Source: a virus. From it: 64,000 nucleotides of DNA. Where the stretch lies: IMG/VR virus record IMGVR_UViG_3300042507_004023; one strand, written 5' to 3'. The notes beneath the pieces are model-generated. The model saw only the letters and a list, made by a program, of their open reading frames with translations. It did not search any database and had not been told where the DNA came from. Numbering within the stretch: position 1 is the first letter of the stretch; every line of letters starts with the position of its first letter. The translations under genes were made by a program, and so were the position numbers. This document shows, piece by piece, positions 44,709 through 53,897 of the stretch.

Positions 44709-46374
44709 ACAAGGAATTGCTTATCTTGGCAACGCTCTGCTCAAAGGGCCTGGAGTCAAGATTGAATACTCCAAAGAACAAATGGAGGAGTATGTAAAAT
44801 GCTCGGAAGATTTACAATACTTTCTAACCAACTATTTCTACATTCGTTCTCTTGATAAAGGCCCAATTCTTTTTGATCTTTACGACTATCAAAAAAGGTT
44901 TCTAAAAGAAGTTAGAAACAATCGTTTTACAATCTGCAAGTTTCCTCGTCAGACAGGCAAAACCTCATGCGTCACTGGCGATATTCTACACATGACGCAA
45001 TTTACTCCCGACTACAAAGTAGCCGTTCTAGCCAACAAGCAGAAGACCGCAACAGAAATTCTTGATCGTATCAAATTGGCGTATGAACGACTTCCTATGT
45101 GGCTGAAGCAGGGTGTGGTGGAATGGAACAAAACCTCGATTAAATTTGAAAACGGCTCCAAAATTATTGCTTCGTCAACATCTGCAACAGCCGTTCGTGG
45201 TGACTCTTTTAACTACATCATGTTGGACGAGTTCGCATTCGTTCCCAACAATATTGCCGACGAGTTCTTTGCCTCCGTATATCCAACAATTTCATCAGGT
45301 AAAACTTCTAAAGTTGTAATCGTGTCAACCCCAAAGGGCATGAACATGTATTACAAAATTTGGAAAGATGCTTTAGCCGGAAGGAATCCATACAAAGCGA
45401 TTGAGGTTAAATGGTGGGAAGTGCCTGGTCGTGATGAAGCATGGAAAGAAACCACAAAGAAGGCGTTAGGTTCAGATCGTTTATGGCTAGCAGAGTATGA
45501 GTGTGAATTCTTGGGTTCAGAAGATACTCTGATACGACCAACCAAACTTTCAACTCTAGTTTATGATGATGTTAAACTAGCAACTAGTGATGGACTTAAC
45601 ATCTACAAAGAACCAGAAAAAGATCACATATACGCCATGACAGTAGACACCTCTAGGGCTCTAGGACTAGACTATCATGCGTTCGTGGTTATAGATGTAA
45701 CCAAAATGCCGTATCAAATTGTGGCAAGATTCAGAAACAACATCATGCCCGTAATGCTTGTTCCAAACATGGTTGCTTCTGTGGGGGCTAGGTATAACGA
45801 TGCCTACATTTTGGTGGAAATGAATGACACAGGACAGCAGGTGTCCGACATTTTGCACGAAGAGATGGAATATGAGAATTTAGTTACCACCACGATTAAA
45901 GGTAAAAAGGGTCAGCGAGCAACAGGGTTCGGAGTTGGGCGAGTTCAATATGGTGTAAAGATGTCGAATCAAATTAAAAAAACCGGCTGTCTTGTTCTGA
46001 AAGAACTAGTGGAAAACGATAAGATAATTTTAACCGATTTTGATGTGATATCCGAGTTGTCCACCTTTGTGAGCGAGAAAGCCTCCTACGCGGCTTCTGA
46101 GGGCTATAACGACGATCTGGTGTCCTGCTTGGTGATGTTTGGTTGGCTAACCACCCAATCATATTTCCGAGACTTGGTTAATACGAACATCCGAAGAAAA
46201 CTCATGGAAGAAAAAATTAAGAAAATGGAAGAAGATCTGCTTCCGTTTGGTTTTTTAAGTTCTGAAATGGACAACTCCGATCAGGACGCAATAGATTTGG
46301 GCAGAGAGTCTAAACCTAAAAATACTCCACAATATGGCGATTTTAATGATAGTGGCACATACGGGGGTTGGTAA
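44698..46374 (+). CDS. gp17: Terminase large subunit gp17
   Basis: YLGNALLK, PRQTGKT (Walker A), IMLDEFAF (Walker B), YPTISSGKTSKVVIVSTP.G, DDLVSCLVMF. Confidence 0.98.
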   Translation: MPAKQGIAYLGNALLKGPGVKIEYSKEQMEEYVKCSEDLQYFLTNYFYIRSLDKGPILFDLYDYQKRFLKEVRNNRFTICKFPRQTGKTSCVTGDILHMTQFTPDYKVAVLANKQKTATEILDRIKLAYERLPMWLKQGVVEWNKTSIKFENGSKIIASSTSATAVRGDSFNYIMLDEFAFVPNNIADEFFASVYPTISSGKTSKVVIVSTPKGMNMYYKIWKDALAGRNPYKAIEVKWWEVPGRDEAWKETTKKALGSDRLWLAEYECEFLGSEDTLIRPTKLSTLVYDDVKLATSDGLNIYKEPEKDHIYAMTVDTSRALGLDYHAFVVIDVTKMPYQIVARFRNNIMPVMLVPNMVASVGARYNDAYILVEMNDTGQQVSDILHEEMEYENLVTTTIKGKKGQRATGFGVGRVQYGVKMSNQIKKTGCLVLKELVENDKIILTDFDVISELSTFVSEKASYAASEGYNDDLVSCLVMFGWLTTQSYFRDLVNTNIRRKLMEEKIKKMEEDLLPFGFLSSEMDNSDQDAIDLGRESKPKNTPQYGDFNDSGTYGGW

Positions 46375-46403
46375 TTTACAGATTATCCCTAAGTAACCGA
46401 TTT

Positions 46404-46411
46404 GCTAAATA
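46404..46411 (+). promoter_or_regulatory. Late promoter GCTAAATA for gp18
   Basis: Intergenic, upstream of AAGGAG and ATG 46459. Confidence 0.72.
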
Positions 46412-46458
46412 CACATCGAAACCCAAAAGTTCTTCATCCTTAACAAGGAGACCGATAG

Positions 46459-48201
46459 ATGGCATTCCAATTAAGTCCTGGCGTAAATGTAACTGAAAAA
46501 GATCTAACCACAATCGTTCCTGCTGTAGCAACAACCTCGGCAGGTATGGCTGGCTTGTTTGAGTGGGGCCCTGTAGGGCTTCCCGTTCTTGTCAGCACCG
46601 TTCAAGAACTAGGTGCTCTTTACGGCTTACCTAGAGAATCAAACTATGAGTGGTGGTTTACTGCTTATAACTATCTCGGATACGGTAATAATCTTAAAGT
46701 TGTTCGCTGTGTTGACGAAGGCGCAACAGGTGCTAAGAACGCAACCCCAAGTGGTCTAACCGCAGCACTAGTAAAAGTTCCTTCAGATGCAGAAAGCATT
46801 GTTCCAGGCACAAACGGTTCATTCATGGCTCGTTATGCTGGTGAACTAGGAAACTCGCTATGGGTTGATCTTTGCGGTGGAGCAACCAGTGGTGGCGCAG
46901 GTGCAACATTCGGTTCTTGGACATTCAAGAGCCTGTTCGGTGTTACGCCAACCCAAACCTCTTACGCAGATCGTCTAGGTCTAAGCGGATCAAACGATGC
47001 ATTCCACCTTGTTGTGGTGGATAAAGACGGTAAGTTTAGCGGAGCCCCTGGAACTGTTCTAGAGCGTTACGAAAATGTTTCAATCATTCCTGGTGCAGTA
47101 AACTCGGATGGAACTTCTTTGTTCTACAAGAGCAAGATTAATGCCGAATCGCGTTACATTGTAACCACAGGTAGTTTGGCTGCATTTGACGGAACCACAT
47201 TTGCCACAGGATTCACCGCAGGTGGAACAAGCGTAGTTGCCTTCACCAAGTCTGGTGATAACTACACCTCGGGCGGTGCATATTACGCCAAGATGAACGG
47301 CGGAACCGGTCAATTCTCGGGCGCAAGTGATATTGTAGGAAAGATTGACAACGGATTCGAGGCTTTCTCTGATCCTGACAAGGTTGATGTTGCTCTGCTT
47401 CTTGGTGGCCCACTAAGCGGCAATCAAGCACAGCAATTGTGCGATATCGCCAAGGCTCGTAAGGATTGCGTAGCCTTTGTTTCTACTCCAAATAAGAATT
47501 CCGCAGACAGTTCTTCAACCAAGTTGGCAAACTGCTCAACTCTAAGAACTGCTGTTGGTAACAACAACTACGCATTCATCGACAGCGGTTACAAATACAT
47601 GTATGATCCGTTCAACGATGTGTATCGCTATGTTCCGCTGAACGGTGATACCGCAGGGTTGTGCGTCAGAACCGACATCACAAACGATCCTTGGTGGTCG
47701 CCAGCAGGCTTCAACCGTGGTCAAGTTCGTAATGTTGTAAAGTTGGCATTCAATCCAAGCAAGGCTGAACGCGACACAATTTATTCAAACGGAGTTAACC
47801 CTGTTGTTACCTTCTCGGGCGAAGGAACTGTGTTGTTCGGTGACAAGACTGCACAAACAAGACCATCGGCTTTCGACCGTATCAATGTTCGTCGTCTGTT
47901 CATCGTGCTTGAGAAGGCGATTGCAACCGCTGCCAAGTATAGCCTGTTCGAATTCAATGATGCATTCACCCGAGCCCAATTCAAGTCGCTAGTAGAACCA
48001 TTCCTACGCGATGTTCAGGCTCGTCGTGGCATCACCGATTTCAAGGTTGTATGCGATGAGAAGAATAACACACCACAAGTTATCGACAGCAACAACTTTG
48101 TTGCCGACATCTATGTGAAGCCAAATCGTAGCATCAACTTCATTCAGTTGAACTTTGTTGCTACCAAGACAGGCGTTTCGTTCGAAGAAGTAGGAGCCTA
48201 A
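46459..48201 (+). CDS. gp18: Tail sheath protein gp18
   Basis: MAFQLSPGVNVTEKDLT; WWSPAGFNRG; FDRINVRRLF; KPNRSINFIQLNFVA. Confidence 0.98.
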   Translation: MAFQLSPGVNVTEKDLTTIVPAVATTSAGMAGLFEWGPVGLPVLVSTVQELGALYGLPRESNYEWWFTAYNYLGYGNNLKVVRCVDEGATGAKNATPSGLTAALVKVPSDAESIVPGTNGSFMARYAGELGNSLWVDLCGGATSGGAGATFGSWTFKSLFGVTPTQTSYADRLGLSGSNDAFHLVVVDKDGKFSGAPGTVLERYENVSIIPGAVNSDGTSLFYKSKINAESRYIVTTGSLAAFDGTTFATGFTAGGTSVVAFTKSGDNYTSGGAYYAKMNGGTGQFSGASDIVGKIDNGFEAFSDPDKVDVALLLGGPLSGNQAQQLCDIAKARKDCVAFVSTPNKNSADSSSTKLANCSTLRTAVGNNNYAFIDSGYKYMYDPFNDVYRYVPLNGDTAGLCVRTDITNDPWWSPAGFNRGQVRNVVKLAFNPSKAERDTIYSNGVNPVVTFSGEGTVLFGDKTAQTRPSAFDRINVRRLFIVLEKAIATAAKYSLFEFNDAFTRAQFKSLVEPFLRDVQARRGITDFKVVCDEKNNTPQVIDSNNFVADIYVKPNRSINFIQLNFVATKTGVSFEEVGA

Positions 48202-48204
48202 ATA
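48197..48204 (+). promoter_or_regulatory. Late promoter CCTAAATA for gp19
   Basis: Overlaps the gp18 stop; lies within a 7-bp inverted repeat (48195-48213). Confidence 0.7.
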
Positions 48205-48238
48205 AATTAGGCTAACCGTAAAGATACAGGAGATCTAA

Positions 48239-48871
48239 ATGGCATACAGTCAGTTTAGCATAGATGCGTTCAGAGCAAATCTGATAAATGGTGGTGCAAG
48301 AGACAACCTCTACCTAGTCTCAGGTGTATTTCCCGGAAATGCCACAGGCGTTATTAACGCTGCTGCTGGCGTAGCCGGTGCTCTCTTTGGTGGAGCCGTG
48401 GCAGGAGCAATCACAAATGTGGCTGCTGCTGTAGGACTAAGCAATCCTGGTGCTCAAGTTTCCTTCCTTTGCCGTTCAGCAGGCATTCCTGCTGCAACCT
48501 TGGGTCAAGTGGAAGTAAACTACATGGGAAGAAAATTAAAGTATGGCGGCGACCGCGAATTTGCCGACTGGTCAATCAAGTGCTACAACGATGGTAACTA
48601 TACTCTTCGTAAGGCGTTTGAATCGTGGTCGAACCTTATTAACTCGTATCAAGGTAATGTTGGCCCAAATAACATGGCTTCATACCTTTGCGACTGGTAT
48701 ATTCAGCCTCTCACTCGTGAAGGCAATCCTATCTGCACATACAAGATGGTGGGTGTATGGCCGAAGGATATTCAAGGCTACGAAATGAACTTCGATTCCA
48801 AGACCAACATCTCGGAATTCGGCGTAGTCATGTCATACCAGTATCACGAGTTGCAAGGCGTAACTACCTGA
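48239..48871 (+). CDS. gp19: Tail tube protein gp19 with a Gly/Ala-rich insertion
   Basis: SFLCRSAGIPAATLGQVEVNYMGRKLKYGGDREFADW; FESW; VWP; EFGVVMSYQY. Confidence 0.93.
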   Translation: MAYSQFSIDAFRANLINGGARDNLYLVSGVFPGNATGVINAAAGVAGALFGGAVAGAITNVAAAVGLSNPGAQVSFLCRSAGIPAATLGQVEVNYMGRKLKYGGDREFADWSIKCYNDGNYTLRKAFESWSNLINSYQGNVGPNNMASYLCDWYIQPLTREGNPICTYKMVGVWPKDIQGYEMNFDSKTNISEFGVVMSYQYHELQGVTT

Positions 48872-48896
48872 TACAATTTAAAGGAGTATTTACATA

Positions 48897-50402
48897 ATGG
48901 AACTCTTCGGCTTAAAAATTGAGCGGTCGAAGAAGCAGCAAAGCGACTTCAAGGCACTAAAGTCTTTCGTAGTTCCAACTACGGACGACGGTGCTATTCC
49001 AGTCGAAGCAGGCGGCTTCTACGGTCAATACATTGATCTTGACGGATCGGTTCGTAACGATTACGAACTGGTTGCGAAGTATCGTGAAATGTCAATGGAT
49101 CCGATCTGCGAAACCGCAGTAGATGATGTGGTCAACGAATCTATTGTTTGTGAAGGAAAGCGATCTCCTGTTAAAATCTTTTTTACAAGTGATCTAAAAC
49201 TTGGCGAACCAATCAAAGACAAGATTCAAGAGGAGTTTAAAAACATCCTCAGAATCATGCAGTTTGAAACCAAGGGTTATGAAATATTTCGTCGTTGGTA
49301 TGTGGACGGTAAAATCTACTTTCATATCATCAATGATGAGAAGAAGCCAGAAAAGGGCATTCTCGAACTTCGGTTTGTTGATCCACTAAACATTCAAAAG
49401 ATCAGAGAGTTTGAAAAAGAAACTCGCAAAGACGGCACGAAAATTATCACGGGTTATCGTGACTTTTACATCTACAACAAGGACAACCCTCGTGCTGGCG
49501 GCAACGCTTCTGGCATCAAGATTAACGATGATGCCATTGCATTCTGTTCTTCGGGTCTATTCGACAGCCGATACCGCAGAACTGTTGGTTTCATGCACAA
49601 GGCTATCAAGCCGCTAAACCAACTCAGAATGATGGAAGATGCTGTAGTCATCTATCGTATTTCTCGTGCTCCTGAACGCCGCATCTTTTACATAGATGTT
49701 GGTTCGCTGCCCAAGACCAAGGCAGAGCAGTATGTGAAAGACATCATGGGTAAGTATCGTAACAAACTAGTTTACGATGCCAATACTGGCGAAATTCGTG
49801 ATGATCGTAAGTTTATGAGCATGTTGGAAGACTACTGGCTACCTCGTCGTGAAGGCAGCAAGGGAACTGAAATCAGCACTCTGAGTGGTGCTCAGAACCT
49901 TGGAGAACTGACCGATGTGGTGTATTTCCAAAAGAAACTGTATAAGGCTCTAAATGTTCCTGTGTCTCGTTTGGAGCAGGACAAGGGATTCCAACTAGGC
50001 AGAGCCGCAGAAATTAGTCGAGATGAACTGAAATTTAATAAATTTGTGATTCGTCTACGCAACAAGTTCAGCGAAATATTCTATGATCTGCTACGCAAGC
50101 AACTCTTGATGAAAGGTATCATCAAGCAGGACGATTGGGCAGGATTGAAAGAATGCGTATTCTTTGACTTCCTGAAGGATAGTCACTTTGTAGAACTTAA
50201 AAATCAAGAACTTCGTAAGGGAATGTATGAGGAACTGAGTCAAGTTGAAAAATACATAGGTAAGTATTATTCACACTATTGGATTAGAACTCAGGTGCTT
50301 GGTATGAGTGAAGCACAAATTAAAGAAATGGACAAACAAATCTCGACGGAACGCAACGCAGGTTTGTATGCTCCCGACAATTCAGTGTTCGGTTTACAGT
50401 AA
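48897..50402 (+). CDS. gp20: Portal protein gp20
   Basis: FRRWYVDG; KPLNQLRMMEDAVVIYRISRAPERRIFYIDVG; EDYWLPRREG.KGTEISTL. Confidence 0.98.
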   Translation: MELFGLKIERSKKQQSDFKALKSFVVPTTDDGAIPVEAGGFYGQYIDLDGSVRNDYELVAKYREMSMDPICETAVDDVVNESIVCEGKRSPVKIFFTSDLKLGEPIKDKIQEEFKNILRIMQFETKGYEIFRRWYVDGKIYFHIINDEKKPEKGILELRFVDPLNIQKIREFEKETRKDGTKIITGYRDFYIYNKDNPRAGGNASGIKINDDAIAFCSSGLFDSRYRRTVGFMHKAIKPLNQLRMMEDAVVIYRISRAPERRIFYIDVGSLPKTKAEQYVKDIMGKYRNKLVYDANTGEIRDDRKFMSMLEDYWLPRREGSKGTEISTLSGAQNLGELTDVVYFQKKLYKALNVPVSRLEQDKGFQLGRAAEISRDELKFNKFVIRLRNKFSEIFYDLLRKQLLMKGIIKQDDWAGLKECVFFDFLKDSHFVELKNQELRKGMYEELSQVEKYIGKYYSHYWIRTQVLGMSEAQIKEMDKQISTERNAGLYAPDNSVFGLQ

Positions 50403-50414
50403 CGGAGAAATTAA

Positions 50415-51341
50415 ATGGAAAATTTGCAAAAAGCAATCGAGGCTACACGAGAAAAAGACGCAATTGGTTTCAAGGATGCTATTGCCACAGAGTTGGCTAG
50501 TCGTTTATACGCATCAATCAACACCAAGAAGGAATCAATTTCAAAGAGTGTAACTGATTCAAACGATTCCGCAGAAGTTGCCGAAGAGCAACCAGAAGAA
50601 ACTGCTGTGACTGAAGCCAATGTTATTGCTCCTTCTGCTCCTGCAACAGGAGCCAAAGCGGGTATTCCAGGATCCGAGCGAGGTAATGCCGGAGTTGGAG
50701 AGGTGCAAGACCCTTTAGCCGACGAACTGAAGGCAGAAGTAGAAACCGCCTTCGGTCTAAAAGGAGAAACTGATAAGTTGACGGCTAAGGATGATGATAT
50801 CTCACTAGATCCCAACTTTGAAAAAGAATTCTACATCAAAGAAATGGATTACAACGGACACAAAATCACATTGAAGCAAATCGGGTTGGGTTTGTCTAAG
50901 CCTGTTCGTGTTTATGTTGACGACAAGCGTTGGGAATTCTTTCCAGGCCCCGAAGCCGCAATGAAGGCTTCAAAGTCTTATATTGATGGCATGAGCCAAA
51001 AAGAAGAATTTATTCCTGTAAATGAGCGAGTAGAAATTGATGCAAGAACACGCTTGTTCAAAGATACCATGACTCGCATAGAAAACGCCAGAAGAATTCG
51101 TGAAACAAAAATTGTTAGAGCCGAATCTGACATGTTGACAAATCAACAAATAATGGATGCTGTTAACATGAAAAACGGCAAGTATGTAATGGATGAAAGT
51201 GAATTAAACGAAAAGCAAAATGAATATCGTAAATTCTTTGCTGGTGCTTTAAAGAAGCACGGCATTTCTTCTCCAAGCGAATTGACTGGCGAGAAGAAAA
51301 AGCAATTCTTTAACTATATCAAGAAAAATTGGAAGGGATAA
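50415..51341 (+). CDS. Putative prohead core protein (gp67-like N-terminus)
   Basis: Between portal and protease; N-terminal helix like gp67; C-terminal YRKFFAGALKKHGISSP..L....KKQFFNYI.KNWKG. Confidence 0.55.
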   Translation: MENLQKAIEATREKDAIGFKDAIATELASRLYASINTKKESISKSVTDSNDSAEVAEEQPEETAVTEANVIAPSAPATGAKAGIPGSERGNAGVGEVQDPLADELKAEVETAFGLKGETDKLTAKDDDISLDPNFEKEFYIKEMDYNGHKITLKQIGLGLSKPVRVYVDDKRWEFFPGPEAAMKASKSYIDGMSQKEEFIPVNERVEIDARTRLFKDTMTRIENARRIRETKIVRAESDMLTNQQIMDAVNMKNGKYVMDESELNEKQNEYRKFFAGALKKHGISSPSELTGEKKKQFFNYIKKNWKG

Positions 51342-51604
51342 TGACTGATAGATCAACACATCTGAATGAATTGGTTTCACGCAGAATAATTCAATGCGTG
51401 ACAGAATGTGTTTCCACAGGAAAAGGAAAAACCCTTGAACTGATGGATGGTTCTATTGTTCGTTTAACTCCAATGCAAGCAAAAAAGTTTATTGAAATAC
51501 ACGATAAACTTAGCGAGTCTAGTCAGGCTTCTTTTAGATTGATGCTTGTAGAAACAAAAAAAACATTTGATGGCGTTAACGCCTTCTGTAAGGAGAAGAA
51601 CTAA
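51341..51604 (+). CDS. Putative prohead core-associated small protein
   Basis: Start revised to ATG 51341 (TAATG coupling); LELMDGSIVRL...LSESSQASF..ML. Confidence 0.55.
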   Translation: MTDRSTHLNELVSRRIIQCVTECVSTGKGKTLELMDGSIVRLTPMQAKKFIEIHDKLSESSQASFRLMLVETKKTFDGVNAFCKEKN

Positions 51605-52020
51605 TGGCTGCTAGATTAGACTATCTTGTAAAGAGCAAAAACCGTTGTGTGGTGGCGTATTCCTCGGATGGAGGAGGCGGAAATGTCAATTTTGATATTG
51701 GGCCTTCAGCCTTTTGTTCGAACATTACGGAATTTACCGGAGAATTTGCCACCAAAGGATTGACCTTTACTTCTGCTTGCTTGTCTAGAGTTATAGGTTC
51801 TGCTGGTGGTAATGCAGGAACTATTGAAATTGCGTTTGCTGGATCCGCTCCATATCAAGCATTTCAAGTTCCTTTTGCTAGTGTTGTTGATGCCAACTTC
51901 GAAAGATTCACTATACAAAATTTATCAACAGGATCAACAGGAATGGCAACCATCACAAATCGTTTAGGTAGCGGTGCTACCGCTTCAATTATCATGGAAT
52001 TTGTGACTCGTCATGTCTAA
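51604..52020 (+). CDS. Hypothetical virion protein (138 aa)
   Basis: Coupled ORF in the head cluster; beta-rich, Gly/Thr-rich. Confidence 0.65.
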   Translation: MAARLDYLVKSKNRCVVAYSSDGGGGNVNFDIGPSAFCSNITEFTGEFATKGLTFTSACLSRVIGSAGGNAGTIEIAFAGSAPYQAFQVPFASVVDANFERFTIQNLSTGSTGMATITNRLGSGATASIIMEFVTRHV

Positions 52021-52045
52021 TCAAATTTAAAGGGAGAAACCATAA

Positions 52046-52693
52046 ATGAAACTATTCTGCGACATTAACGAGGAAATTCAAGTTCTAACTGAAGAGAACG
52101 AGCCAGGTAAGAAAAACTACTTTATTGAAGGCATCTTCCTGATGTGCGATCAAAAGAATCGCAACGGTCGTGTCTATACCTTTGAAATGATGAACAAGAA
52201 GGTTAACGAGTATAACAACAGTTTTGTAAAGCAAAAGAGAGCGTTCGGTGAATTGGGACACCCCGAGGGCCCAACCATTAACCTAGAGCGTGTCTCACAT
52301 ATGATTACTGACCTTTACTCCGATAAGAAGAACTTCATAGGTAGAGCCAAAATTATGGACACCCCATACGGTAAAATTGTTAAAAATTTGATTGATGAGG
52401 GTGCAAAACTAGGCGTTTCAAGCCGTGGTATTGGTTCTTTGGAAGAAAAGAACGGCGTAAACTATGTGAAAGACGATTATCAGTTAGCCACGGCTGCGGA
52501 TATTGTAGCCGATCCATCGGCTCCAGAAGCCTTTGTAAGAGGTATTATGGAAGGAAAAGAATGGATTTGGGAAAGTGGCAGATTGGTAGAAAGAGATCTA
52601 GAAGAAATTAAAAAGAGCATTCAAAAAGCCTCTTCCCGAAAACTAGAAGAAACAAAAATTCAAGCATTTGAAAGGTTCTTACGGAATCTTTAA
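52046..52693 (+). CDS. gp21: Prohead protease gp21
   Basis: FIEGIF...KNRNGRVY; AFGELGHP.GPTINLERVSH; LGVSSRG.GS; DIVADPSAP.AFV. Confidence 0.97.
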   Translation: MKLFCDINEEIQVLTEENEPGKKNYFIEGIFLMCDQKNRNGRVYTFEMMNKKVNEYNNSFVKQKRAFGELGHPEGPTINLERVSHMITDLYSDKKNFIGRAKIMDTPYGKIVKNLIDEGAKLGVSSRGIGSLEEKNGVNYVKDDYQLATAADIVADPSAPEAFVRGIMEGKEWIWESGRLVERDLEEIKKSIQKASSRKLEETKIQAFERFLRNL

Positions 52694-52697
52694 GAAC

Positions 52698-52705
52698 ACT
52701 AAATA
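52698..52705 (+). promoter_or_regulatory. Late promoter ACTAAATA for gp22
   Basis: Intergenic, upstream of AAGGAG. Confidence 0.72.
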
Positions 52706-52743
52706 CAGTTTGACACCTTCATAAATTCACAAGGAGCGAGTTC

Positions 52744-53850
52744 ATGGACTCATTTAAGAACGAAGAAGTAGAAGAAATCCTCGAAGAAGAGGAAACCACA
52801 ACCGAAGCAGCACAAACTGATTCGGAAGAAGTAGTCGTAACAGACGAAGAAACCATCGAAGAGGATTCGGCTGCTACTTTGAAGGCTAATGTTGCCGCAA
52901 AGCAAGCCAAGGGAGATAAGACTAATCTTAAGTCTGCTCCTGCCGCTGCTGGATCATCAAAGTATGCGGGTCTTTACAAGGATGGAACAGGTAAGGGAGT
53001 TGTAATTCCTGAACCAGTTGCCACCGATGGATCTGCTTCTGCCGACAAGCAAATGAAGTTGGTGGACGCAAAGCGTTCTGGTAAGACTGAAGGAGTTCAA
53101 GTTCATATGGACGCTATGTTCAATGGAGAAGAACTAAGTGAAGACTTCAAGAACAAGGCTTCTACCATTTTTGAAACCGCTCTCAACGAGCGTGTTCAAG
53201 TTATTGAAGCCGAAATTAAGGCTGAATACGAGAATCGTCTCATCGAACAAACTGAAACGATGAAGACTGAACTCACTCAGCAACTTGATTCATACCTCTC
53301 ATATGTTGTAGAGGAATGGATGGAAGAAAATAAACTTGCTGTAGAGAAGGGTCTACGCACTGAAATCGCTGAAGAATTTATTGAAGGTCTTCGCGGTCTC
53401 TTCTTGCAGCATAACATTGAAGTCCCACAAGGCAAGACTGATCTGCTAGATCAAATGGCAGAGAAGGTTGAAACTTTGACCGCTTCCTTGAATGAAGAAA
53501 TTAATAAGACTCTCGACATGAAGAACAAAATTGCTGAACTTGAAAGACAACAACTAGTTGCTTCAATGAGTGAAGGTCTTGTTGATACCGACAAGGAGCG
53601 TTTCTTAAAGTTGGCGGAAGGCGTTGGGTTTGAAACCAATAACGAGTTCCGTTCCAAGTTGGAAACAATCCGCGAATCATACTTCGGAGACTCAGGCAAG
53701 ACCGTATTGAATGAGAATGTCGAAGATGATATGACGGTTGCAGAAAATGCCCCCGCGAACGAACAAGAAACCTTGTCCGAATCAATGGAAGCATACTCAC
53801 AGATGTTGTCTCGCTTGAGCCGCACAAAGGCTCCAAGCAAGAAGAACTAA
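52744..53850 (+). CDS. gp22: Prohead scaffold gp22
   Basis: LSEDFKNKASTIFE; LDSYLSYVVEEWMEENKLAVE.GLRTEIAE.F; KLETIRESYF. Confidence 0.95.
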   Translation: MDSFKNEEVEEILEEEETTTEAAQTDSEEVVVTDEETIEEDSAATLKANVAAKQAKGDKTNLKSAPAAAGSSKYAGLYKDGTGKGVVIPEPVATDGSASADKQMKLVDAKRSGKTEGVQVHMDAMFNGEELSEDFKNKASTIFETALNERVQVIEAEIKAEYENRLIEQTETMKTELTQQLDSYLSYVVEEWMEENKLAVEKGLRTEIAEEFIEGLRGLFLQHNIEVPQGKTDLLDQMAEKVETLTASLNEEINKTLDMKNKIAELERQQLVASMSEGLVDTDKERFLKLAEGVGFETNNEFRSKLETIRESYFGDSGKTVLNENVEDDMTVAENAPANEQETLSESMEAYSQMLSRLSRTKAPSKKN

Positions 53851-53852
53851 TT

Positions 53853-53860
53853 TATAAATA
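53853..53860 (+). promoter_or_regulatory. Canonical late promoter TATAAATA for gp23
   Basis: Exact consensus upstream of AGGAG and ATG 53898. Confidence 0.82.
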
Positions 53861-53897
53861 ACTTTAACCTTTAAACTACCACAGGAGTATAAAACCA

